A stretch of 64,000 bases of DNA, taken from NCBI GenBank assembly GCA_965214095.1, contig OZ243938.1:2560001-2624000 (forward strand). The letters are read 5' to 3'. This document shows, piece by piece, positions 29,888 through 40,001 of this stretch (position 1 is its first letter; each line of letters begins with the position of its first letter). The position numbers and the translations under genes are program-made. The notes under the pieces were generated by a model, which had not been told where the DNA came from, made no database searches, and was given only the letters and a program-made list of their open reading frames with translations. This DNA comes from Candidatus Poribacteria bacterium. Its GTDB lineage: Bacteria; Poribacteria; WGA-4E; WGA-3G.

Positions 29888-30655
29888 ATGAAAATTCAAT
29901 ACTTATCTACAATATTGATTGTGCTGCTGATGTTGACTGTGTCAATGCCTGCTTTATCAGTAGTGCAGGAAAAAAACCTTGTTGGTTGGTGGCTTTTTGA
30001 TGATGAAACAGATGAAATGGGCAACTTTTCAGATATAATCTTCATTGGTGATGCCAAGATTGAGGATGGACAATTGGTTGTTGAAACTGGAAAGTGGGCA
30101 CGTTCCCTTGAATACACTGGTCCCGATATAAAAGAATTGACATTAGCGACGTGGGTTAGTCTGGACAATTATGCAAAAACGAATGGGTCTGCACTCTGTA
30201 TAGATAAGAAAAGCGTTGATGAGTTTTGCTCAATTGTTTGGGCTGAAAAAGTAGAGAAACAGTGGATGCCGGGAAGTAGCCATTTTCGACGCACTGATAA
30301 TTTTCCCAATGCAGTCACTGAGAAGGAAACCGGTGAAATGGTTTTCTTAGCCATTACTTACAAGAATGAAGGTGGCCAATATCTGATTACAGGTTACCGT
30401 AATGGCGAAAGTCTTGGGTCTATTAAGAAAGGGGCAATCGTTACATGGACCGAGGATGATACAGAGGCAATATGGGGAAAGCGACATGCTGATGCAAATA
30501 ACGGTCCAGGTGAACTTAATGCACACATAGAAGAATCTCGGATCTATAACACCGCTTTGACGCATGACGATATCAAAACTATAAACCAAGGGGATCTGCC
30601 TGTTGAAGCACGCGGAAAACTTGCCACAAAATGGGCAAAGATAAAAAGGCAATAG
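29888..30655 (+). CDS. Secreted LamG/concanavalin-like protein with C-terminal tail
   Basis: Signal peptide; LVGWWLFD ... IEESRIYNTALT; ends LPVEARGKLATKWAKIKRQ. ATG at 29888 fits the AGGAG spacing. Confidence 0.85.
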   Translation: MKIQYLSTILIVLLMLTVSMPALSVVQEKNLVGWWLFDDETDEMGNFSDIIFIGDAKIEDGQLVVETGKWARSLEYTGPDIKELTLATWVSLDNYAKTNGSALCIDKKSVDEFCSIVWAEKVEKQWMPGSSHFRRTDNFPNAVTEKETGEMVFLAITYKNEGGQYLITGYRNGESLGSIKKGAIVTWTEDDTEAIWGKRHADANNGPGELNAHIEESRIYNTALTHDDIKTINQGDLPVEARGKLATKWAKIKRQ

Positions 30656-30823
30656 TATTCTGATTGCTTTGTTCTTGTAGGTATTATCAATAATCGGGAA
30701 TCGGAGTTCCCTCCTACAATACAAAACCTGTCTGTGGGAGCGAACTCCAAATAGTGATTTATAACAAACAATAGATGAAACAAATTTGTTGAATTTTGTT
30801 GAATTATGTAAAGGAGTTAATCC

Positions 30824-31588
30824 ATGAGAAGAATAGTTTACTGTGTAGCTGCAGTATTGCTAATGCTTAGTATGCAAATGTCTGTCTTTGCTCAAGTGCA
30901 AGAAGATAATCTGGTCGGTTGGTGGCGGTTCAATGGTGCTACAGAAGAAACTGGTAACTTTGGTGATGTTGTGCTTCAAGGTGCTACAATAGAAGATGGT
31001 CAGTTGGTTGTTTCAACTGATAAGTGGGCACATTCGCTGGATTACACGGGTCCTGATATTACAGACCTTACTTTGGTATCTTGGGTCAGTTTGGATGATC
31101 TTGCCAGAACAAGCGGCTCCGCACTCACTTTAGATAAGGTGTCTGCGGATCAATTTTGTGGAATCGTTTGGGCAGAAAGAGTAGAGAGACAGTGGATGTC
31201 GGGTAGTAGTCATTTCCGCCGTACAGACGATTTTCCAGATGTTGTCACGGAGAGTGCAACTGGCGAACTTAATATGATTGCTATAACTTATAAACTTGTC
31301 AGCAATCAATATGAAATAACTGGCTATCGTAATGGTGAAAGTATGGGTGGCTACACAAAAGGGGATAGCAGAACTTGGGTAGTTGGGGATTCCGAAGCGG
31401 TATGGGGCAAGCGGCATACTACTGGTCTTGATGGCCCAGGACACATCACTGCCCATATTGAAGAATCACGGATTTACAATGTTGCGCTGACCGCAGAAGA
31501 GGTAAGAACCTTGAATGATGGTGGTCTCACACCTGTTGAACCGTTGGGTAAACTTGCCACGCAATGGGGTGCACTCAAAGCCAAGTAA
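30824..31588 (+). CDS. Secreted LamG/concanavalin-like protein (tandem paralog) with C-terminal tail
   Basis: Closely similar to the preceding ORF; ends TPVEPLGKLATQWGALKAK. Confidence 0.88.
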   Translation: MRRIVYCVAAVLLMLSMQMSVFAQVQEDNLVGWWRFNGATEETGNFGDVVLQGATIEDGQLVVSTDKWAHSLDYTGPDITDLTLVSWVSLDDLARTSGSALTLDKVSADQFCGIVWAERVERQWMSGSSHFRRTDDFPDVVTESATGELNMIAITYKLVSNQYEITGYRNGESMGGYTKGDSRTWVVGDSEAVWGKRHTTGLDGPGHITAHIEESRIYNVALTAEEVRTLNDGGLTPVEPLGKLATQWGALKAK

Positions 31589-31602
31589 GTTTCAACTTGA
31601 TA

Positions 31603-31628
31603 TAGGCGCGGTTTCAAACCGCGCCTAC
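31603..31628. terminator. REP-type hairpin between convergent genes (possible terminator)
   Basis: TAGGCGCGGTTTCAAACCGCGCCTAC with an A-run on the right (U-tract for the minus-strand gene). Confidence 0.6.
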
Positions 31629-31640
31629 GAAAAAACACGC

Positions 31641-33557
31641 TTAATCAGGTAATATCCGATATCCGCTACTAATTCCCGTAACCATTCCAACAATAGCCCA
31701 CAGTCCCGCACATGTCATCTCACCGATGACCAAACCGAGAAATACAGGTCGGGCTTGACGGTATGCCTTCAGTCCACCATATTTCACAATCGCAAACTTC
31801 ATACCCCATCCGAGGAAAATAGAGAACCACAGTTTAAAGGTTGCCCATGAACTCAACATTGTATAACCGAGAGGGTGTAAAGGCCACCATACAAAGGTCT
31901 GTCGCATCCACATCAACCATCCAGTGAAGCCACCGCCAAACAAGATAAAGCCTGTATTCGTCCAATTAGTGCTTGTCTTCGGACTTGTTAGCAAACCTTC
32001 AAGTTGCCGCATAAACCAACCGCCACCCATATAAGGAGCACCATGGGCGTATCCCACTTTGATTGCAGAATAATAGGATACCGCTAAACCGATGACGATA
32101 GCAGCTGCCATTGCGATGAGGAGTTGTCTCCGTTTGACGCGTGCCTCGTCTGTAGCTTTCAGTCCATTCATAATGTTGGGCATCATAAACTCACGCAGGT
32201 CAAGCGTAAGACATACGGGGTGCATCATCAGAGATGTCAATGATGATGGATGTATTTTAGATGTTCCTAAAGTCGTAAGGAAAAAACTCTGCGGTGAAAA
32301 TGATGGGTTGATAAACGGGATACCACCGTTAATGACCTGCCACGTCAAAACGATATACATGGCAAGCAGGAACAACACAAAACCAATCGCAAACAGAATT
32401 GACATCCCCATCAGATGATTGAAAAATACAAGCACACAGATACCACCGATAAGTCCAAAGACAGTAACGCCGTACGGTAACGCTTCGTCTGATTGACGGA
32501 ACTGGAACATGTTTTTTATATGATGCCGTGTTTTCCATAAGGCGATAGCAACAAACACCAAGCATGCCCCCGCTTCTTGCGCAGCACTAAACGATTTGCC
32601 TGTCCATTGAACACCAGGTCCTGAAGTTAAGGGAAATCCGAGCATCACCCCTATAAGACATTGCATCTTGTAAAATATGAAGAAAAACCAGATACTAAAT
32701 GATACCTCTAAGGTGAGTAGGTAACTGAAGCCAACCATTGACCAAAAGATGACGACTTGGAATGGACGTAATGCACTCCACGGTCTTTCATTAAGATAGT
32801 CATTGAGCCAAAAATCACGCGGAATATGTGGAATGGATGGGAAGAAAGTATGGAGTCCATTCATCGTATGCAGAAACACAGGGAACGCTACACCGAACCA
32901 GAACGCGCTGTTTTTGAAAAGCGGACCGAGTCGTCCACTGCCTTGTGCTGCCATCTCAACAGGGAGTTTAACAAGTGGGAACGCACAACGTTCATATTCT
33001 ACCCACTGCTTTCGGAGTAATACCGACAGGCATATCATCACGAAATAGACAACGATGACATAAGCACTCCAGATGAGAATAGGTGTTATCCAAGCACCCC
33101 AAGGGATAGGTTCTCCTGCAAACAGACCTTCATAGAATGAACTAATCGCAGTCTCGTCACGAACCACACGCCAATGTGGAATATAATGGAAGAACAACGA
33201 CTCCCAATCATTTTCAGGGGTAGCAAGATACTTATATGCGATCATCGGACTGAGCGCATATCGCATCATACCGGAAGATGGAATGCCTGCGGGAGCAAGC
33301 ATGATACACCAAATCGTAATAAGTTCTCCGGGAGTAAATGCGGATTTGGGATGTATCTGTTTTAAGACGACATTAATGCCTAATACAAAGACGGTGAGAA
33401 CAAAGAACGGACCGACAGGAAAATGTCCGCCTGCCAGGAAGATGTTACGGATGACGTAATCGTTGTAGGGTGCGAGGAGACATTCTAATGTGGCACATGC
33501 TAATCCGATGAGGACTGCACGCCAAGATAAACTTGTCCGGGTTCTTTGCTGAATCAA
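31641..33557 (-). CDS. Polytopic membrane protein (DUF6785/DUF6784-like putative peptide transporter)
   Basis: Many TM helices; motifs LRKQWVEYE...FPL, WWPLHPLGY, ARPVFLGLVIGE. Confidence 0.75.
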   Translation of the reverse strand: MIQQRTRTSLSWRAVLIGLACATLECLLAPYNDYVIRNIFLAGGHFPVGPFFVLTVFVLGINVVLKQIHPKSAFTPGELITIWCIMLAPAGIPSSGMMRYALSPMIAYKYLATPENDWESLFFHYIPHWRVVRDETAISSFYEGLFAGEPIPWGAWITPILIWSAYVIVVYFVMICLSVLLRKQWVEYERCAFPLVKLPVEMAAQGSGRLGPLFKNSAFWFGVAFPVFLHTMNGLHTFFPSIPHIPRDFWLNDYLNERPWSALRPFQVVIFWSMVGFSYLLTLEVSFSIWFFFIFYKMQCLIGVMLGFPLTSGPGVQWTGKSFSAAQEAGACLVFVAIALWKTRHHIKNMFQFRQSDEALPYGVTVFGLIGGICVLVFFNHLMGMSILFAIGFVLFLLAMYIVLTWQVINGGIPFINPSFSPQSFFLTTLGTSKIHPSSLTSLMMHPVCLTLDLREFMMPNIMNGLKATDEARVKRRQLLIAMAAAIVIGLAVSYYSAIKVGYAHGAPYMGGGWFMRQLEGLLTSPKTSTNWTNTGFILFGGGFTGWLMWMRQTFVWWPLHPLGYTMLSSWATFKLWFSIFLGWGMKFAIVKYGGLKAYRQARPVFLGLVIGEMTCAGLWAIVGMVTGISSGYRILPD

Positions 33558-33615
33558 TAGATACTCACCTTCATATTTGCTATTTAATTTGAGAGCATGA
33601 TATTTCTTTCACACG

Positions 33616-35673
33616 TCACTTGCCAACATTTGGATCTAATTCAGTCGCATATTTCAAATCAGCTGTCTTGTTTAACAATAGTCCGCGTTGATAATACGCA
33701 TCTGCATATCGAGGATTAAGAAATATTGCCCTATCAAAATCAACCCAGGCAGCGGAAATGTTCCCCAGTGCTACATGTATGACACCACGATTGTGGAAAG
33801 CAAAAGCGTTATTCGGGTTTATTTGTGAGGATTCATTACAATCATTCAATGCGAATTCATATAACTTTTGTGATTCTTCTATATTTCCTATTTCCAACTC
33901 ATGTTTTCCAAGAAGATAATACACCCAGGCTCTGTTTGAGTAGGCATAAGAATTCTTTGAATTGAGTTGAATTGCTTCAGACAGGTCATCTATCGCCGAA
34001 GAATACAGGACTATTGCCTTACCTGTTTCATTACGTTGTGTCACCATGTCCGCAAGTTCAATTTTTGAGATACCTATATTTCTATTGATATCTGAAAGTT
34101 TATCGTTTTTGAAGTATTCCTCTGGTTGTAGCTCAATTCCAACACGCCAATTCTTAATTGCTGACTGAAATAACTCAGTTGCTACCTCTATATTGTTTTG
34201 ATCTTTTTCAAAATGTGCAAACTGGTATTGTGCATGTGCGAGTCCATTATATGCAGAATTTGACTCAGGACTTAAGGTAATTGCTTTGTTACAATCTTCA
34301 ACCGCATTTTGATAATGTGGTCTTACCTGCTCAACATTGCCTTGTTTAGCTAATGTCCTCCCCAAATTGGATTCAGCATTTGCACGTTCCAGATAATGGA
34401 ATGCAGATTTTCGGTCTCGTTTTAAAGCATATTCGTAATACGTTACGGCATCCTCGTATAGATTTTGTGCACTTTGATGGTTACCCTCTTTAGAAGCCGC
34501 GTCCCCCTGCTCAATCTTGTTCATCCCTTGAACATGAAATAGTCTGATAAAATTCGGGTTAAACTTTATCGCTTTGTTGTAATCTGAAAATGCTGACGAG
34601 TTATCACCAAGTTCAAAGTAAGCATTCCCTCGTTCACTATAAGCAAAAGCGTTCTTAGGATTGTTTGCTATCGCATTCGTGAAGTCAGCAATTGCTGCTT
34701 CATATAGCATCTTGGATGTTTCTGGTTGCCCCAACTTTTTCTCTGATGCCCCAAGTCGTGCTCTTGCTTCACCAAGTTTCGTATACCCATAGATGTTGTT
34801 AGGTGCTAACTGAACTGCTTTCTCTAATTCCTTTATTGATTGTTCGTATTCCTTCGCTTTGTATTTTGCTTGTCCCTTAACAATGTGGGAATAGGCGCGA
34901 ATTGTATCCTGATTTTGCCATTCCTCCAAAGGTTCAATCCCATCCGTATGTGTGAGCAATTTTTTCAAAGCATTTGAGGAAGACGCAAGCGAATAACCTA
35001 TGTCATATTGAATGAAGGCATGAATACCTATAACTTCTCTTTTGCCATTCAGAACAGGACTTCCACTACTTCCTACACTTATTAAGATGTCATTCCGAAG
35101 CCATTTATCGCTTCTTCGTATACTATATACTAATCCCTTCTTCACTTTAAATCTTCCACTGGGATATCCTATGATAGTAATAGGTTGGTTTTTCTTAATC
35201 CTATTACTGTTACCGATTGAAAGAGGTGTGCCTTCACCATCCACTCTTAAAATAGCGAGATCGTTTTTTATATCATAAGCCAATACACCTTCAACTGTCC
35301 AGTTAGTGATTTTATTTTCATATCTACCTAACATATTGCCATTTTCTTGCCTTGTCCAAATAACTTCTTTTTCCGGATGTATTGTTTTGACAGACACAGG
35401 ACCAGGTCGTGCAATTACATGTATATTTGTTGCAATCTTGTCCGGGGCAATGAAAAATCCAGTACCGAAACCTATAGATCCTGAATTATACTCTATTTTA
35501 ACTATCGATTCTCGTACTATATCGATATTAAGTAACTCTGTAGATTCTATTTGTCGTGGCTTTTCTCGGTGAACATAGTCATTGATAATCAAGGTTGCAA
35601 TGAAAATGCCCTCCACAATGACTAAAAACCACAATAGAAACAGACCTATACGTTTCATGATTGTATGCTTCAA
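33616..35673 (-). CDS. Membrane-anchored trypsin-like serine protease with TPR repeats
   Basis: GTGFF, ATNIHV, DLAIL and GSSGSPV catalytic motifs, followed by many TPRs. Start may be ATG at 35658. Confidence 0.88.
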   Translation of the reverse strand: MKHTIMKRIGLFLLWFLVIVEGIFIATLIINDYVHREKPRQIESTELLNIDIVRESIVKIEYNSGSIGFGTGFFIAPDKIATNIHVIARPGPVSVKTIHPEKEVIWTRQENGNMLGRYENKITNWTVEGVLAYDIKNDLAILRVDGEGTPLSIGNSNRIKKNQPITIIGYPSGRFKVKKGLVYSIRRSDKWLRNDILISVGSSGSPVLNGKREVIGIHAFIQYDIGYSLASSSNALKKLLTHTDGIEPLEEWQNQDTIRAYSHIVKGQAKYKAKEYEQSIKELEKAVQLAPNNIYGYTKLGEARARLGASEKKLGQPETSKMLYEAAIADFTNAIANNPKNAFAYSERGNAYFELGDNSSAFSDYNKAIKFNPNFIRLFHVQGMNKIEQGDAASKEGNHQSAQNLYEDAVTYYEYALKRDRKSAFHYLERANAESNLGRTLAKQGNVEQVRPHYQNAVEDCNKAITLSPESNSAYNGLAHAQYQFAHFEKDQNNIEVATELFQSAIKNWRVGIELQPEEYFKNDKLSDINRNIGISKIELADMVTQRNETGKAIVLYSSAIDDLSEAIQLNSKNSYAYSNRAWVYYLLGKHELEIGNIEESQKLYEFALNDCNESSQINPNNAFAFHNRGVIHVALGNISAAWVDFDRAIFLNPRYADAYYQRGLLLNKTADLKYATELDPNVGK

Positions 35674-35789
35674 TCCTTAGATGTTCATTTTGAATACGAA
35701 GTTTTAGCTTTAATCATACACAAAAAGTATCGTTCTGTAAACAGTTTTGAAATAACAGCAGGATTATTTGTCCCAAGTTACCACCTATA

Positions 35790-36096
35790 ACTTGTTGGCG
35801 GGGTTTGTAACCCCGATTGATGAATCGGTTTGAAACACCAATCTTTCTGCAGCACCAGAGGTGCGGAATGTGTACAGAAGATCATTCTACACCAAAGATA
35901 GATCCACCTGTCACCCCACTGAGGCTTATTTTGTGTTGGCACTTCGTTTGCTATACACCTTCCACACCCGCTAGTGCTGAATAGATCACGGTTAGGAAAC
36001 CGCTCCAACAAGAGATGACCTCTAATCCTGGAAATCTATAAATCCTGTGAATCCTGGTTCAGACAATCGCGGTTGAAAACCGCTCCAACAAGAGAG
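35790..36096. repeat. Cluster of REP-like and AATCCTG repeats
   Basis: GTTGGCGGGGTTTGTAACCCCGAT; GCACCAGAGGTGCG...TAGTGC element; two AAACCGCTCCAACAAGAGA copies flanking an AATCCTG...GGTTCAGACAA unit. Confidence 0.65.
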
Positions 36097-36305
36097 AATC
36101 TTCTTTAATTGACATCTACCGTCTTGAGTATTAACTTTCTGTAAATCTCAATAAACCTGAAAAAACAGTGATAAATCAAATTTATTTATTGAAATTTATA
36201 TGAAAAATATAGTAAAGTTAAGTAGAATAGTTACAGTATGTTGAAGTATAGGAACGAAACTTACTATTTTGCTAATTAATTTCTATTTCAAATAGAAACG
36301 GAGAT

Positions 36306-37817
36306 ATGATAATGCAAACACCTTCAAATTTGTTTAACGATGAGCAAATGCGAGATTTCATCGTCAACGGTTATGTTACTGTAAAAACAGGTTTACCGCG
36401 TAGTGTTCACGAAACGATTTACCGTAAAACGCAGGAATACACAGAAAAAGAGGGAAACTTGGGTAATAATGTCTTACCGCGAGTGCCAGAGTTACAAGCT
36501 GTGTTTGATGATCCTGCGGTTCGTGGGGCATTTACGAGTATTTTAGGGAAGAATTTTGTGATGCACTCCCATAGGCATCCACATCGGAACGGTCCGCACA
36601 GCGGTGGACAAGGGTTTCATAAGGATAGTTACTGGGGACATCAAAAGGTTAGACACCATTTGCCGCGTTGGGCAATGGCATTCTACTATCCACAGGATAC
36701 ACCTGTTGAAATCGGTCCTTCTGCAATCTTATCGGGAACTCAATATTATAGTCATAGGATTACTGAGACCAATGATGGTGAGGTGGCTCTCTATGGCGAA
36801 GCGGGGACAGTATCAATCATCCATTTTGACTTGTGGCATCGTGCGATGGCGAACCAGACCGACAAGGTTCGTTATATGATGAAGTTCCAGTTTATCCGTC
36901 TGGATGAGCCAGATGAACCGGAATGGAATGTGCAAGATCCTGAATGGAACCCTGAAGGACTTGATATTGATGATAACCCAGCTGCACTGAAACACGAAAC
37001 AACTTGGCGGCATGTATGGAATTGGATGGCTGGCAAATCCAATGGCAATGGAACCCAAAATGCAAATGGTAATTTGACTACCCATATAGAAGCATTGAGC
37101 AATGAAGATCCTGCTGTCCGTTCTGATGCTGCAGATGCATTGGGTTTGTTAGGCGACTCCGCAGCTGATGCGGTTCCAATGTTAAGCAATGCCTTGAGCG
37201 ATGATCATGAACCTGTTCGACTGAATGCTGCTTACGCATTAGGTGCAATGGGTGAACCCGCAGTATCAGCATTAATTGACAAACTTCATGGTGAAAACGG
37301 AACGGCACAGCGTATGGCAGCGTATGGATTGGCAGCTGTCGGTGCACCTGCTGTCTCATCTCTCTGTGAGGCAATGGAACATGAAAATGATGAGGTAAGA
37401 CATCAAGCAACCTACGCATTAGCACAGATAGGAAGTGATGCTGAACCTGCTGTCTCTGCTCTGATGAAACATTCCGATGATAGCAAAGTTGAAGTGCGGA
37501 GATATGTTCCAGAAGCATTCGGTGCGATTGGTCCGAATGCAGCACCAGCAGTACCAGTTCTAATTGAGAGGTTAGCAAATGATGAGGACGTGCAAGTTCG
37601 TTTTGAGTCTGCTTTGGCATTAGCACAAATCGGTCCTGCTTCAAGCGATGCAATACCGGTTTTGAAGGAATCGCTATCGGATAAGAATCGATATGTGCGT
37701 GACAATTCTATCCATGCACTCAAACGAATCGGTACGCCAGAAGCCGAGTCAGCACTATTGGATTATCTCCTGATGACTCGATGGTGTCCTGTTACGAACA
37801 GAGAAAGTACATTCTAA
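36306..37817 (+). CDS. Phytanoyl-CoA dioxygenase (PhyH)-family domain fused to HEAT repeats
   Basis: FHKDS (HxD) and LWHRA motifs, then VR..AA.ALG repeats. Confidence 0.85.
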   Translation: MIMQTPSNLFNDEQMRDFIVNGYVTVKTGLPRSVHETIYRKTQEYTEKEGNLGNNVLPRVPELQAVFDDPAVRGAFTSILGKNFVMHSHRHPHRNGPHSGGQGFHKDSYWGHQKVRHHLPRWAMAFYYPQDTPVEIGPSAILSGTQYYSHRITETNDGEVALYGEAGTVSIIHFDLWHRAMANQTDKVRYMMKFQFIRLDEPDEPEWNVQDPEWNPEGLDIDDNPAALKHETTWRHVWNWMAGKSNGNGTQNANGNLTTHIEALSNEDPAVRSDAADALGLLGDSAADAVPMLSNALSDDHEPVRLNAAYALGAMGEPAVSALIDKLHGENGTAQRMAAYGLAAVGAPAVSSLCEAMEHENDEVRHQATYALAQIGSDAEPAVSALMKHSDDSKVEVRRYVPEAFGAIGPNAAPAVPVLIERLANDEDVQVRFESALALAQIGPASSDAIPVLKESLSDKNRYVRDNSIHALKRIGTPEAESALLDYLLMTRWCPVTNRESTF

Positions 37818-37899
37818 ACTGATTATTCTATGATCGTTATAATTGTAGGCATGCATTGCGTGTGTGCCTACAATTAGGAGTAATTTATATTGTTAATTA

Positions 37900-37997
37900 T
37901 AGTGAACTATAAATATAAGTTGACACTTTCGACCCACGGTAGGCGAGGTTTCCTAACCTCGCCGATGCAGAGTGTTCAAGTAATTTCAAATCTACTA
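37900..37997 (+). mobile_element. MITE family B copy
   Basis: TA|TAGTGAA...GGTAGGCGAGGTTTCCTAACCTCGCC...TCTACTA|TA. Confidence 0.85.
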
Positions 37998-38023
37998 TAA
38001 TACCATGACTGGAGGTAAATCAC

Positions 38024-38974
38024 ATGGATATTTTTGAACAAGCAGAAGAACTAATAAGTAAAATCCATAATCAATTAGGTGAATCTGAAAGAACTCTTGA
38101 TGAATCGGTAGAAAGAATTCATCAAGAATTAGAGGAATATACCAGAGCAGCAGATGAACAGGTTGAAAGAATTCATCATGAAATTGAACAAGAATCTGAA
38201 TCTGCTGAAGAACAGATTCAAAGACTACATGAAGAATTAGAAGAACACCATAGAAATGTTGAAGAACAAGTTCAAAAGATACATGACGAGTCTGAAAAAT
38301 ATGAGCGTAACATTGAGGAACAAGTTGAAAGAATCCACAATCAACTTGAGCAGGCCAGAGAACAGGCTGAAGAACAGATTGAAAGAATACGTGAACAGAC
38401 TGAACATAAGTCAGAATCTGTTGAAGAACAAATTGAAAGAATGCGTAACCAATTAGATGAGTATAGGGACAAATCTGAAGACTGGGTTGAGGGAATACGT
38501 GAACGGATGGATGAACTTAAGGATGGTTTTGAGCACCACGCTGAAAACATACATGTTAAATCGGAGACATGGATTGAATCAAAATTTGACAACGATACCG
38601 TACAGTCATTGATTAACCGCTTTCATCCGCTATATAGCGAACGGCATGCTGCATTCACGATCCACAATTCTTATGTAATTAACGGTGCAGAGATATTGAA
38701 ATATAGTGGTAAATTACTGCCATTAGCAGATATGGATGCACGTTATCCGCGCCGTGAATGGCTTCAAACACTTCTCAACAAAAATGTCACTATAGAGAGT
38801 ATTGACGATTATTGCCGTTATCTGAACGCGCGGGATATGTTGATGCGGATTCAGAATAAACCCGATGTGTGGACATCCGGTCTTTTTGATATTCCCCCAA
38901 CTGAAAATTGGGAAACCTACCAAGAAGCGTATATTGACCATTTGGTAAATCCAGATAAAGCACCAAATGCATAA
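38024..38974 (+). CDS. Acidic 18-residue helical-repeat protein with C-terminal domain of unknown function
   Basis: GGAGG RBS; about nine EEQ(V/I)ERIH.ELE-type repeats, then MDARYPRREWLQ. Confidence 0.8.
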   Translation: MDIFEQAEELISKIHNQLGESERTLDESVERIHQELEEYTRAADEQVERIHHEIEQESESAEEQIQRLHEELEEHHRNVEEQVQKIHDESEKYERNIEEQVERIHNQLEQAREQAEEQIERIREQTEHKSESVEEQIERMRNQLDEYRDKSEDWVEGIRERMDELKDGFEHHAENIHVKSETWIESKFDNDTVQSLINRFHPLYSERHAAFTIHNSYVINGAEILKYSGKLLPLADMDARYPRREWLQTLLNKNVTIESIDDYCRYLNARDMLMRIQNKPDVWTSGLFDIPPTENWETYQEAYIDHLVNPDKAPNA

Positions 38975-39052
38975 TTCGCAAATTGAATTAGTCGAATAAC
39001 AAGATGCTGGCATTGAAAACATGCTTCTCCCTTCATCCTACATAAGGATTTC

Positions 39053-39805
39053 ATGATGGTTAGCCGTAAAGACATTCAAGCCACATGCGATGATATCGTG
39101 CGTGAATTCAAACCGCTACAAGTTATCCTCTATGGTTCTTATGCTTACGGAACCCCGAAGGAATATTCAGATGTTGATCTGTTAGTGATAATGCCGGTAG
39201 CAAATTCTGAGGCGCGAGCCCAAGCGGCAGAGATACGCAAACGGATTCCGTATCAGTTCAGTATGGACCTTATTGTGCGTTCAGCAGAAGATATAGCATA
39301 TCGTCTTTCTCATAACGATTGGTTTCTGCGCGAAGTTACTGAAAAGGGTGAGGTGCTTTATGAATCTGAAAATTTCTATCTCAAACCACAGAAAACAGAG
39401 ATTACCAAAATGAATCCTTTAACTTTAGAGTGGATAGAAAGAGCAGAAGGTGATTTTTTAGCAGCAACGCAATTATATCATGGACCAAATCCGGTAAACC
39501 ATGTAATTTGCTTCCTTGCTCAGCAATGTGTTGAAAAATATCTGAAGGTATGGCTACAAGAGATGAATATCCCTATCATAAGAACACACAATTTAACTCA
39601 ACTATTGGATTTAATATTACCGACTATTCCAGAGTGGAAGGCATGGAAGTCTGAGTTATCAGATTTATCTGAATTTGCCGCTGAAACGCGTTATCTCGCA
39701 GACTCACCTTCACAGAATGATGTAGTACGTTCAATGGAAACTTGTGAAAAAGTGCGTAAAACAACGCGCGCAGAATTAAAACTACCTACTGAAGAAAGTC
39801 AATAA
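39053..39805 (+). CDS. Fused minimal nucleotidyltransferase (MNT) - HEPN protein
   Basis: YGSYAYG...SDVDLLV, followed in frame by MNPLTLEWIERAEGD...CFLAQQCVEKYLK...RTHNL...TRY. The last codons are supplied by the IS end. Confidence 0.85.
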   Translation: MMVSRKDIQATCDDIVREFKPLQVILYGSYAYGTPKEYSDVDLLVIMPVANSEARAQAAEIRKRIPYQFSMDLIVRSAEDIAYRLSHNDWFLREVTEKGEVLYESENFYLKPQKTEITKMNPLTLEWIERAEGDFLAATQLYHGPNPVNHVICFLAQQCVEKYLKVWLQEMNIPIIRTHNLTQLLDLILPTIPEWKAWKSELSDLSEFAAETRYLADSPSQNDVVRSMETCEKVRKTTRAELKLPTEESQ

Positions 39806-39990
39806 CCCCGTGCTAAAGCATCGGGGCTTGTGCGAAGCGCATGCCAAACGTTCACTCCACAAGTTAAACTATTTTCTACAGTCATATATCGGGTGTTCTG
39901 AACGTGGCAGTCCAATGTATGTTTCGGATGCTCCCCAAGTCCGATTCCTCTACGAATACCCGATCTGGATGGGGCAATATATACTCTTCG
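39798..39990 (+). ncRNA. omegaRNA scaffold of IsrB (guide from upstream flank)
   Basis: GTCAA start and terminal hairpin; long stem ATCGGGTGTTC/GAATACCCGAT; loop TGCTCCCC able to pseudoknot with GGGGCA at 39971. Confidence 0.72.
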
Positions 39991-40001
39991 GAGGTTTACA
40001 C

